From positions 224,001 through 288,000 of the forward strand of contig CAWJPJ010000006.1 in NCBI GenBank assembly GCA_963844715.1: a stretch of 64,000 nt of DNA. Reading direction: 5' to 3'. Positions 20,036-30,241 of this stretch are shown one piece after another. The notes below the pieces were generated by a model. That model was given only the letters and a program-made list of their open reading frames with translations, was not told the DNA's origin and made no database searches. Each line of letters begins with the position of its first letter. The stretch's first letter is position 1. Both the position numbers and the translations under genes were made by a program. The stretch is from an uncultured Phycisphaerales bacterium (GTDB lineage Bacteria; Planctomycetota; Phycisphaerae; Tepidisphaerales; Tepidisphaeraceae).

Positions 20036-22444
20036 TCACGGCTGCAACGCCGGCGCGATCGACGGCTGCGTCGCCGCGGCCGAGGGCTCGGTGGTGACTT
20101 TGGCGCTCTTGAGCATGATCATCGCCTTCTTCAGGTTTTCCTGTGCGTTCGTGTAATTGGGATCGATACTCGAGCGCGTCCTGGAAACATTGGATCGCCA
20201 ATCGAAGCTGCGACATGTTTGTCGGCGTCGATCGGCAAATGATCCAGCCGATTTCGTTGTAAGCCGGGGCGTATCGGCCCTGGGGCGAATAGAGAGCGGC
20301 GGAAAGGAGATGGTCGTGCGCGTCCTTCAGATCGCCGAATTTCTCCAGGCACAGGCCGATGCGATATTGCGCTTCGACATTGTCCGGTTCGACGTTGAGG
20401 GAAACGTTGTAATCGACGATGGCGTCTTTGGCGAAGTCGCTGGACGCCGCTTCGTCGCCGCGCTGTTCGGCCAGACCGCCCAGGGCGAAATCGGCGTTGC
20501 CGCGCTGGAAGGCGGCCAACGCGAGCAACTGCTGGGCTTCCTCATGGGTGGTCGGATGTTTGGAGGCCGCTTTTCCGGCGTCGACCGCCTGCTGAAAATA
20601 ATCGCGCGCGGATTGGAAACGGTCGATCACGCGCTGCTCATCCGCGGTGGCGGGGCGCGTCGAGGCGGGGGATTCCGGCAGCGACTTTTGCAAGTACTCG
20701 GCATTCTTCATCTGCACCAGACCCATGTTGTAGTAAGGCAGCGGATCCGGAACCGCATCGGGAATCGCGCGCATCTGCGAGATGGCGGTGTTCAGTTCAT
20801 CCTCAGCGTGAGTCATCAGGTCCGGAACCTTCGCGTCCGGCCAGCGTGTGCGGGTGATGTCGATGCCGGCGAGTTGGCTGTGGCTCAGATAAATTGACGA
20901 CGCGGGCGAGTTGGGATTGGCAATCACGCCATCGAGCAATTTCGTCGCATCGTCGAGCTGGGCGGAAGCCAGATCGGCGGACCCCTGGGAAGCGTCGGGC
21001 TCGTTGTCGGCGGCTAGCTGCCCAGCCAGGGTGAGGTTTCGCGTGGCGTCGTTCATGTGGTCGCGCGCAGGTTATAGGCGGCCAGCCAGCTATTCGGATT
21101 CTTATCAAGCGTGTCCTGCCAGAGAAGAAGCGGATCGGAGAATACTTTCGCCCGTGCCCATGTCGTGCCACAGAGAACCAGCAGCAGGGCGGTCGCGCCA
21201 ATGCCAAGAGGTACGGCCTTCTGAGCGAAGAGCCTGGCGAGCAATGCGACGGCAATAGCGACAACGGGAATCGCCGCCAGGTATTGGAAATGATCGGCGA
21301 CGAACGAATAGCGGAAGGGATAGACGTTGAAAAAGCCCAAGGCCGGGAAGATAGCCGCGAAATAGCAGATCGCCGCGGCGAACGGCCCTCGCCCGATGGC
21401 GCGGCGGAACATCCACAGCAAGTCGATCACGATAATCGCCGCCACAAGCGGAATCCATGCGTTTGCTTCATGCGGCGATGGAATCAGGCGCGGATAATTA
21501 AAGCTCAAATCGACCGGCACAAAAAACTTGCCGAGATAGAACCAGAAATTGTGCCCCGCGATCAATAGGCGCTGCACTAATGACAGATCCCATTCTGGTC
21601 CGGTCGCCTGGATCATGCCGGTCGCGGAGACTTCGAGATGGCTGGTGATCAAACCGCCGGCCAGTCCGAGGATGAACATGGGGATCAGCCCGGCGAACGT
21701 TTTGGCGTTCAAGCGCTTCTGCCACCAGAGCACGACCAGAAGTGCGACCGGGAGCCCGCAGACGGCGGTCTTGGCGAGCAGCGCGGCCGCGAATGCGATG
21801 AGACTGACGGCGTAGGTCCCCCAGGTTTCGGGAATTTGCCAAACGGTTTGCTCGGAATCGGGATCGCGCAGCCCGGCGAAATCGAGATAGAACAAAAGCG
21901 AAGAGATCGCCAAAAGCCCGCTGAGAACGTTTTTGAGTTCGCTGACCCATGCGACGGTTTCCACTTGCATGGGATGGATGGCCCAGATGGCGGCGATCGC
22001 CCAGGCGCCGGGGAGTCGAAGTCGGCGAAGAGCGCGCCAGAGAATGATTGCCGCCGCCGCGTGGAGGAGAAGGTTCACCACGCGATATCCGAGCGCGCCA
22101 TTTTGCCAGATGTGGTGCTCGATCCACATGACGGTAAAGGTGAGCGGATAGTATTGCACCGTTCCGGGGGGAATTTCCCAGATTCGGTCCAGGCCGCCGC
22201 GGTTGAGCAGGGCGGAATTGTGCGTAACGTAGGCGTCGTCGTCCCAGATAAAACTGCCCGGGATCGAGGGCCAGAAGGAAACAAGGGTCAGAAGCGCCAT
22301 AACGCCGGCCCAAAGGCCCCAATCCCTTGCGGAAATGGGGTCGTCGGGAAAAGAGAGCACGAAAGGTTGGATTTGGGAATCCTGCCCGGCGGGGGGTTCC
22401 GATGGGGACGGGATCGCCCCCGGCGTCTGATTCGATTCGGTCAT
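20036..22444 (-). CDS. TMTC-like membrane glycosyltransferase (GT-C) with C-terminal TPR repeats (frameshifts near 21068 and 20165)
   Basis: FIWDDDAYV, YYPLTF, HPMQVETVAWVSELKN, AKT, VADHFQYL, LWQDTLDKNP, then TPR-like helices; GAGGAG SD. Confidence 0.8.
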
Positions 22445-22527
22445 GGGCTCCTCGAAAGCGCCGGAAACGGCGTGACTTTGGACGCCAAGTATGATTACAT
22501 AAACCATCTTACGGAGCAACCGGTTAT

Positions 22528-23657
22528 ATGAGCCTTCTGACCGAGCCGACCGACCTGTCCGATCCAATAAACGCCCGCATTTTATCGGTCTCGGAAGACC
22601 GGATTGCCGGTTTCACGCGCGATCCCGTAGCGGAGATCTCGCAACAAACCGGCATCGATCCGCAAACCGTGATCGGGCGAGTCCAGGCGATGATGCGCGC
22701 GGGGATTATTCGCCGTGTCCGCCAGACGCTGCTGGCGACGAATCTGGCGCGGGGGCGCTGGTGGCGTGGCTCGTTTCGCCGGAACGTTTGCAGGAAGCGT
22801 TTGACTGGATGGTGACCAATGATCCGTTCTCCGGACATGTGGTTATACGGAGCACGGATTCCCAGGTTCAAGGGAGCAAATATCGACTTTGGACGACGCT
22901 TAAGGTGCCGCAGGGTTTTTCCCTGGCACGCCACTGTGAACATCTCATCAAACAGACCGGGGCCGAGCGATTTATCGTGATGCCGGCCAAGCGATTGTTC
23001 GCGCTTGGCGTGGGGCACGTCCGGCGCAAGGGGATGGAGCCGGGAAGCAAATCGGATGAACTGGCCGAAGCGATGCAGCCCTCGGTCGTGGATTTGAGCG
23101 AATTGGAATGGCGCGTGCTGATGCCGTTGAAGCGGGAGTTTTTGCCGGAGGAGATCGGACCCGATGTCTGGTCAGGGCGCGCGGCGGAGGCGGGAGTTTC
23201 GCTGGAGGAATTTTATCGCGTGGCGGAAGGGCTGAACCGGCGCGGCGTGATTGGGCGATTCTCGACATTTCTGGAACACGTCAAACCATTGGCCGATGGG
23301 CAGCGCGTGACGCGATTCAATGCGCTCTTTCACTGGGCGGCGCCGCACGGGCGGGAGATCGAGACGGGCCGGCAAGTGGGGCGGTTTCATATACTCACGC
23401 ATGCGTATTGGCGCGAAGGCGGGCCGGATTTTAATGACGTCAACGTCATGGCCGTCGCGCACGGAACGGAAAAGGATACGGTGCTGGCGCACAAGGCGGC
23501 GATCGATAGACATCTTGGCGAAGTCGGCATTCCGATTGGCTACACCAACGTCTTCTGGGGCGGCCGGAGCGAGATCAAGCCGAGCGAGATTGCCCCGGCG
23601 GAATACCGGCAATGGTGCATTTCGCAGGGCGCCGATCCGGAATCCATGCGCGAATAA
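22528..23657 (+). CDS. Double Lrp/AsnC-fold protein, siroheme decarboxylase (AhbA/AhbB, NirDL)-like (frameshift in G run near 22752)
   Basis: Two HTH plus RAM units (GIIRRV..., GVIGRF...); THAYWR resembles the HxYxR motif; one added G joins the two ORFs (NLARGALVAW). Confidence 0.65.
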
Positions 23658-23660
23658 AAG

Positions 23661-24365
23661 ATGCCTTACCTCTACAAAGAACGTACGCGTCCGGAAAAAT
23701 GGTCGGAATATCGCCGCCGCTCGCCCCATCCCATGCTTCACGCGTTTTTTGCCATCGAGTGGACTTGCGAGTGGATTTCATTCCTGCTCGGAAAGTGGGC
23801 GGTATTGGAAGTGCTGGAATACGTTGGGACGCTCTCCATTTTGGTCGGAGTCATCGCCTACTTTGCGGAGGCGAAGGATCGGCTGGAGCAGAAACATTAC
23901 CAGGCGTGGCTGGTCATCGACGCCGCCCAGGGCAAAAGCGGGAATGGCGGACGTTTAACCGCGCTGGAAGAACTCAATACCGATGGCGTGCCGCTGGTGA
24001 ACATAGATGTCTCCGACGGCTATTTTCGAGGCATCAGCCTTCCCGGGGCGGATTTGTCGCGGTCCAAAATGAGCGGCGCGGATATGCGCGAGGCGAATCT
24101 ATCCGGGGCGAACTTGAGCGAAGCGGGCCTCGTCTACACCAATCTTCGCAACGCGAATCTGCGGAACGTAAACTTCGATTTGGCGATACTTTCCAACGCG
24201 GATCTGATGGGGGCCGACTTAGCCGGGCTTCGCAATTGGAAGTCGATCGATAAGATCGACGGGGCGAATGTTTACGGCGTGAAAAATCCACCCGACGGGT
24301 TTGTTGATTGGGCGAAATCTCAGGGGGCGGTCGAACAGCCGGACACGCCAAGTACACAACCCTGA
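23661..24365 (+). CDS. Pentapeptide-repeat membrane protein
   Basis: ADLSR/SKMSG/ADMRE/ANLSG/ANLSE repeats after a hydrophobic segment. Confidence 0.85.
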   Translation: MPYLYKERTRPEKWSEYRRRSPHPMLHAFFAIEWTCEWISFLLGKWAVLEVLEYVGTLSILVGVIAYFAEAKDRLEQKHYQAWLVIDAAQGKSGNGGRLTALEELNTDGVPLVNIDVSDGYFRGISLPGADLSRSKMSGADMREANLSGANLSEAGLVYTNLRNANLRNVNFDLAILSNADLMGADLAGLRNWKSIDKIDGANVYGVKNPPDGFVDWAKSQGAVEQPDTPSTQP

Positions 24366-24366
24366 C

Positions 24367-27300
24367 TTATTGCGATGAAAGCTGCCGGTAGTATTCGGTC
24401 AGCGGCTGGGACCACGCCGGCGGGAGTTGCCCGCGCATCACATCGTTGATCTCCTGCTGGAGCTTATCGGTCGGTTGCGGAGTTTGATCCTCTTGTACCG
24501 CAATCTGGCTCCCGAGCAGCAATCGACTCGTTTGCAGGTCGTTCAGCAGCTCATTCTGCGAGGCAAGCGCGTTGTCATATCGATTGGCCTTCAGATCGCT
24601 TTCGATCCGGCCCATCAGCAGAACGGCTTGCTCCAGCTTGAAGTTGTCGTAGCGGATCAGATTGTTTTCCAGATTAAGATGCTCAGCGGTGTTGCGGATG
24701 CCGGCCTGCTGCTGGGTGAGACGGTGTAGCTGATCATAAAGGCTTTGAGGAATGACCGGGGCGGTGCCTTGCAGTCCGGAAGCGCCTTCGCCGGCGAGTT
24801 TTCCGCCGCCGGTTGCGCCGCCGGCTGATTGGTTGCTTTTGTCCTGAACCTGGCCTTTCTGGAAAGGCGTGGGGTCGAGGCGGGTGGGCGTATCGCGGCC
24901 GCCCTTGCCCTGGTAGGTGTCGCCGACATATTCGCCTTCGCTCTTGCCGTTGCGACCCTCGGCGCTGCGGCCCTGCTGATCGTTATTTTTTGGAAGCACG
25001 TTGCCGGTGATTCCGGTGGCGGAGTTGTCGGAGATGCCGCCGTCCGCTCCGCGATGGGCCGCGCCAATGGCGGCGGCGTCACGCCAGTTGGCGTCCTGGT
25101 CGCGCATCTGATTGAACAGGTCCTGCTGATCGGCGAGCAATTTGCCCATCAAATCCTGCAAATCCTTCGGCAGGGGAGGAAGTGGCACATCCGCGCTTCC
25201 CAGCGGGTCTTCCATTTGAAAATGCATCCGATCCGGTCGATCGGCCAGCCATTTATCCAGGGAGTTCTTGATCTCCTTGCCCATCCCCATGGCCGATTCA
25301 TCGAGGGGAACGGCTAATTCCATGTCCGGGGTTTTCATGGCGTCTTTGGCGAGCTGAATTTGCTTCACGATCGGAATCAGATCCTTGACCATGTGGGCGT
25401 GAGCCATGTCTTGCGGTCCTTCGCTCGAAAATGTCGAAAGCATCTCCTGGGCGAAGGAGGCGAGATTGTCCTGCTGAAGCCGGACTTTCGAAAGCTGGTC
25501 TTTTTGCGCATCGTCGAAATTCTCCGATGGGATTTTGGCGAGCGACGCGGTTTGATCGAGGGTCTTGCGCTGGGCCTCCAGGAATTTCTTAAGGGCGTCG
25601 TCGAGATGTCGGTAGGCGTCGGCCTTGCTGAGGAGGGGTGCGTTGCCGCGCGAGGGTTCCGTCGCGGGGGGCGCGGCCGGAGTGATCATTCCCAGGAGGC
25701 TGTCCAGGGAACTGAGAATGAGGCGCTGCTGATCGGCCAGGCGGGCAATCAATGTGGTTCGCTCGCTTTCGACCGGCTCGATGATGATCGCGGCCGAGAG
25801 ATCGACGGCTTGTTGGGCGGGGTCGGCGGCCAGCATTTGAAGCGTACGCTGAACGATTTGAGTATCCGCGTCAAACTCGAACCGGGCCGCAACGTCGATC
25901 ATGCGATTGCGTAGCGCCGTTTGCCCCGCGTTGATCGACGGCATGGGCGCGGCCTGGACCACCGAATCGATATACCTCTGCTGATCGGCTCGCATGAGCG
26001 TCAAAATCTTCCGCAGCTTTTCGGCGCGAGCGGCGGAATCCGCGGTTATCCGGTCCGGAGCAGCGAAAGTGATCCGGTAGATCGACGAACGCGCGGACTG
26101 CGGACCGCCGTCGGGAATCGTCGCCCGCAGGTCGCGATTGTCGACGGCTTCGATTTGCAATTGGATGGTCGAGCCGTCGCGGCAATCTTCGTCGGGGAGA
26201 TGAACGGGAATTTGCAAATGGTATACGTTCGGTTGAGACGCGAAATCAGACGGTGCCGCTTCGGCGATGACAACTGACGGGGAATTGCCCGCGCCGAGGA
26301 GGACGCGGCCGGCCGTCAGGCCCCAATCATCTGACAAGTCGGCTTCCACCGTGAGATCATTCGTCGGCGGCAGGATCAAATTCGCGCGATCAGGCCAGAC
26401 AACATGAATCGACGGCGGCTGGTCGATCTGGGCATGAACCACTACAGGCGGCTCCGGAAGCTTGGCGATTGTTTCCCGGCCTTGCAGGATGCTTACGGAA
26501 AGGGTTTCGTCGCCGGTCAGTTTGGAAGTGACACTGCCATGACCCCCCGATGGCGGCGAGAAATCGACGCTTAGCTTTAAATCGCTCCCTTGGGGGAACG
26601 TGAACGGCCCAGCGCCATGAACGACCGACGGCAGCTGCTTCGTATAAGCGGGCGGCTGCACGAGCAAACTCATTCCCAAAAGTTGGGCCTCGGGAAGGAC
26701 GGTGACGGCGTACCATTCGCTTTGCGTCGAGCCGACTTCAACGCGATATCGCAGCGATTGATCGACGTGATCGATTTCGTGGTCGTATCGAAGCGAACTG
26801 TCGGCCAAGGAATGCTGAGCGAGCAACACCACCGGATTATTCTCAACTATCAATCGCCCCTGCGGCGGCGGAGTTCGTGGAGCGCTCGCCTTCACGACAA
26901 TTTGCAGATCCTGCCCCGCGACGAGCGTCACGTTGCCGGGTTGGACGGACAGGATTTGCACCGTTCCGACTTGGGGGATGAATCGATTCGGCGCCAGCAT
27001 CTGGTTCCAACCGTGACGAAATTCAACGCCGAACAATTGGGCGACTATGATCGCACCAAGGATCCAAATCAGCAGGTTGATCGCCAGATGCCGGAGATTC
27101 CAAAATCGCACGGCGTTTTTCAGGGGTTTGTCCTGGATGTCGTGCAGAACTTCGTCGTAGATGCGCGGGACGAATGGATTGGTTTGAAGATCGGCGGAGC
27201 GCACCAAAAGCAGTGAATTGGTGAGGCCGTTGTTGAGATCGGCGAATTTCTGTTCGATCAATCGAGCGATTTGAACCGGTCGCAAAGGCTTGAATAGCGG

Positions 27301-27543
27301 AATCGCTATCCAAAAAAGAGCGGAAAAAGCGACCCAGGCGATCCATAATCCTGCGATAACAATTACCGGCGGTCCCTGGCCAAGAAAATGGGCGGCAAAC
27401 GCCGCGGCTACCCAGGTGACATACGCCCAGGCAAGCCAGAGCATGAGCCCGCGCACGAGGAGCCGGAGGCGGTATCGCCGCCTCACCGCGCCAATCCGTG
27501 CGGCGATTGATTCATACGCGGGATAAGTGGCCGGTTCCGTCAC
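24367..27543 (-). CDS. Large membrane-anchored coiled-coil protein (DUF4175-like)
   Basis: N-terminal TM helices, LNNGLTNSL, YRVEVG, DDWGL, Q/A-rich helical region, terminal LPPAWSQPLTEYYRQL motif. Confidence 0.75.
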   Translation of the reverse strand: MTEPATYPAYESIAARIGAVRRRYRLRLLVRGLMLWLAWAYVTWVAAAFAAHFLGQGPPVIVIAGLWIAWVAFSALFWIAIPLFKPLRPVQIARLIEQKFADLNNGLTNSLLLVRSADLQTNPFVPRIYDEVLHDIQDKPLKNAVRFWNLRHLAINLLIWILGAIIVAQLFGVEFRHGWNQMLAPNRFIPQVGTVQILSVQPGNVTLVAGQDLQIVVKASAPRTPPPQGRLIVENNPVVLLAQHSLADSSLRYDHEIDHVDQSLRYRVEVGSTQSEWYAVTVLPEAQLLGMSLLVQPPAYTKQLPSVVHGAGPFTFPQGSDLKLSVDFSPPSGGHGSVTSKLTGDETLSVSILQGRETIAKLPEPPVVVHAQIDQPPSIHVVWPDRANLILPPTNDLTVEADLSDDWGLTAGRVLLGAGNSPSVVIAEAAPSDFASQPNVYHLQIPVHLPDEDCRDGSTIQLQIEAVDNRDLRATIPDGGPQSARSSIYRITFAAPDRITADSAARAEKLRKILTLMRADQQRYIDSVVQAAPMPSINAGQTALRNRMIDVAARFEFDADTQIVQRTLQMLAADPAQQAVDLSAAIIIEPVESERTTLIARLADQQRLILSSLDSLLGMITPAAPPATEPSRGNAPLLSKADAYRHLDDALKKFLEAQRKTLDQTASLAKIPSENFDDAQKDQLSKVRLQQDNLASFAQEMLSTFSSEGPQDMAHAHMVKDLIPIVKQIQLAKDAMKTPDMELAVPLDESAMGMGKEIKNSLDKWLADRPDRMHFQMEDPLGSADVPLPPLPKDLQDLMGKLLADQQDLFNQMRDQDANWRDAAAIGAAHRGADGGISDNSATGITGNVLPKNNDQQGRSAEGRNGKSEGEYVGDTYQGKGGRDTPTRLDPTPFQKGQVQDKSNQSAGGATGGGKLAGEGASGLQGTAPVIPQSLYDQLHRLTQQQAGIRNTAEHLNLENNLIRYDNFKLEQAVLLMGRIESDLKANRYDNALASQNELLNDLQTSRLLLGSQIAVQEDQTPQPTDKLQQEINDVMRGQLPPAWSQPLTEYYRQLSSQ

Positions 27544-27656
27544 GGTTAATCCAGTCTCATCATAATTATCGAGCGAATTGGGCGATAGTCGCGGACATTA
27601 TTGCGCGGTCCGCCGATCGAGTTTGACAACTCCAATTTTGGCCGGATATTACAGGC

Positions 27657-28250
27657 ATGGGAACGCTGAAGAGCTTTCAACTGGGGTATTTCATCGAACA
27701 TTTCGGGGCCAAAGTCCTGGTTGAGACGGGAACGGGCACTGGCCACAGCCTTCGATATGCCAGGACGTTTCCATTCGAGGCGATTTATTCGATCGAGATT
27801 GTGCCCGAGCAGGTGGAAAAGTTGCGGCCCCAGTTCGCGGACGATCCGCGAATTCATCTGATCGCCGGGCAAAGCACGGCAGCGCTGCAAGAGCTGATCC
27901 CGCAGATCAAAAGCAACGCGATTTTTTGGCTCGACGCGCATTTCCCCGGGGCGGACCTGGGGCTGAACCGGTACGAGGAAGCGGGCGAGGTTTCGGTCAG
28001 CCTGCCGCTGCAAAGCGAATTGGAGATGATCCGGGATATGCGGACAGGTCATCGCGACGTGATCCTCATCGACGATTTGCGGATTTACGAGCGCGACAAT
28101 TTCGAGCGCGGCAACGCCGCCGACAAGGTGCCTGGCTATGAGTGGCCGACCGATTCACGCTTCCTCTACACGACCTTCGAGAAAACCCACAAGTGCCACA
28201 GATTCCTCGAGCACGAGGGATATATCGCCCTTTTGCCGAAGGACGAGTAG
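27657..28250 (+). CDS. Hypothetical SAM-methyltransferase-like protein
   Basis: LVETGTGTG, YSIE, FWLDAH, ILIDDLR; TTGACA at 27623-27628 upstream. Confidence 0.7.
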   Translation: MGTLKSFQLGYFIEHFGAKVLVETGTGTGHSLRYARTFPFEAIYSIEIVPEQVEKLRPQFADDPRIHLIAGQSTAALQELIPQIKSNAIFWLDAHFPGADLGLNRYEEAGEVSVSLPLQSELEMIRDMRTGHRDVILIDDLRIYERDNFERGNAADKVPGYEWPTDSRFLYTTFEKTHKCHRFLEHEGYIALLPKDE

Positions 28251-28328
28251 AAGTAAAACCAGCGACGAACGGGAGCTTGCGCTGCCTTTTCGTTCATCAC
28301 CCGGCGGTCATCATTCAGCATTTTCGAT

Positions 28329-28928
28329 TCAGACGATCTTGCACGCCTCGTCGAACGGAAGTCTCTCGAAGCGCAGGCGCAACTTTTCCGGCTCGCCATA
28401 ACCCAGATTGATGAGGAAGTTGGACTTCCACCGCCCGTCGGGGAAGAACTCGGCATCGAGCTTTTCGTTGTCGAATCCGGACATCGGGCCCGCGTCCAGG
28501 CCCAGGGCGCGGGCGGCCATGATGAGATAGGCCCCCTGAAGCGTTCCATTGCGGAAGGCGTGCGTAATGGCGAATTGTTCCTTGCCGGGCTGCGTGAATG
28601 CGTCCTTCATCGCGGGCATCGGGGGAAAAAGGCGCGGGATATGTTCGTAAAATTTCAAATCGTATGCGACGATTGCGCAAACCGGCGCGGCCATGGTCTT
28701 GTCGACGTTCCCGGGCGCCAATGCGGGCTTGAGCCGTTCCTTGCCGGCGGCGGATTTTACGAAGACGACACGCATGGGCATCGTATTGGCCGAGGTGGGC
28801 CCGAGCTTGGCCAGATCGTACACCGCGCGAAGCACTTCATCCGGCACAGGCTTGTTTTGCCAGGCTATATGAGTTCGCGCTTTTCGAAAAATGGTATCGA
28901 GCCCCTCGTCGTTCAATAGCGTGCCCAT
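28329..28928 (-). CDS. Nitroreductase family, malonic semialdehyde reductase RutE/YcdI-like
   Basis: [45 protein letters not shown]. Confidence 0.88.
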   Translation of the reverse strand: MGTLLNDEGLDTIFRKARTHIAWQNKPVPDEVLRAVYDLAKLGPTSANTMPMRVVFVKSAAGKERLKPALAPGNVDKTMAAPVCAIVAYDLKFYEHIPRLFPPMPAMKDAFTQPGKEQFAITHAFRNGTLQGAYLIMAARALGLDAGPMSGFDNEKLDAEFFPDGRWKSNFLINLGYGEPEKLRLRFERLPFDEACKIV

Positions 28929-29035
28929 TAAAGGTGTTCCTTTCTTTTGCGTGGCGAATCACATTAGGCGCAAGGGGCGGATGTTTCAAATCGGCGTACT
29001 TGACACCTCCCGGCCATTGCGTTGGACTTCCAATC

Positions 29036-30241
29036 ATGCCGAAGCGGGTTTTCATCACGGTGGGGGAGGCCAGCGGCGATCAGCACGCCGGAAACCTCAT
29101 CCGCGCCATGCGCGAGCTGGAACCCGATCTGATCGTCGAAGGGCTCGGCGGGGGGGAAATGGCCGCGGCGGGGGCGATCATTCACCACGACACCGTCACC
29201 AAGGCGGCCATGACCTGGAAGGCGATTTTCCGGTATCTCGATCTCGGGCAACAGCTTTTCTGGACCAAGGATTACTTTAAGCAGTATCGGCCGAACCTTC
29301 AGATCTGTATCGATTCATGGACCATGAACTGGCACTGGGCGAAGATGGCCAAGGAGATGGGGGTTCCGGTTTTGTATTACATCACGCCGCAGGTCTGGGC
29401 CAGCCGGCGCGGGCGGATCAAGAACCTGGCGCGCTTTGTGGATCGGGTCGCATGCATTCTGCCGTTTGAGGAGCAATTGTTTCGCCAGGCCGGGATGGAG
29501 GCGACGTTCGTCGGGCACCCGCTCTTCGACGCGCTTCCGACACATGAGGAGACCCATTCAAGCGCGCGGTTCCCAAATCGGCCGCCGATTGTTGCGCTGG
29601 TGCCGGGATCGCGCTCGAGCGTGGCGCGGGAGAATTTTCCGCACCTGATGGACGTTTCGCGGCGAATCACGCAGGAATTCCCCGAGGCGACTTTTGTCGT
29701 CCCGACCATGCCCGCGACGCACGCCGCTGTGCGGCAAGTGTTGGAGGCCGCGGAAGGACCCACGACCCCCAAGGGGGATTTGCTCATCGCCGGGAAATAC
29801 ACGATCGGCATGAATCAGTTCGACGAACTGGTCGGACAGAGCGATTTATGCATCACGGTTTCCGGAACGGCGACGCTTCACGCCGCCGGGCTGGGGGTGC
29901 CGATCATCGTGGTGTATCGTATCAACCCGTTTCACTGGCATCTGGTCGGCCGCTGGGTGGTCAAGACGCGAACCTATTCGCTGGTGAATCTGCTCAACCG
30001 GGGGAACCATCAGATCGTCCCGGAATATGTGCCGTGGTACGGCTCCAATTCCGTCGTCGCGGAAAAGGCTTTGGAATATCTCCGCGATCCGAAACTCCTG
30101 GATCAGCAGCGCGAGCAATTGGGGAACCTGATGCGCACGCTCAACCGCCCCGGGGCGAGCCGAAATGCGGCGAAGATCGCCACGGAGATGATGGATGCGC
30201 GGGCACTGACGCGCGTCGAAGGCGTTACAGTTCCGCGATAA
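29036..30241 (+). CDS. lpxB: Lipid-A-disaccharide synthase
   Basis: VGEASGDQH, YYITPQVWASR, ILPFE, FVGHPL, PGSR, SGTATL. Confidence 0.93.
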   Translation: MPKRVFITVGEASGDQHAGNLIRAMRELEPDLIVEGLGGGEMAAAGAIIHHDTVTKAAMTWKAIFRYLDLGQQLFWTKDYFKQYRPNLQICIDSWTMNWHWAKMAKEMGVPVLYYITPQVWASRRGRIKNLARFVDRVACILPFEEQLFRQAGMEATFVGHPLFDALPTHEETHSSARFPNRPPIVALVPGSRSSVARENFPHLMDVSRRITQEFPEATFVVPTMPATHAAVRQVLEAAEGPTTPKGDLLIAGKYTIGMNQFDELVGQSDLCITVSGTATLHAAGLGVPIIVVYRINPFHWHLVGRWVVKTRTYSLVNLLNRGNHQIVPEYVPWYGSNSVVAEKALEYLRDPKLLDQQREQLGNLMRTLNRPGASRNAAKIATEMMDARALTRVEGVTVPR

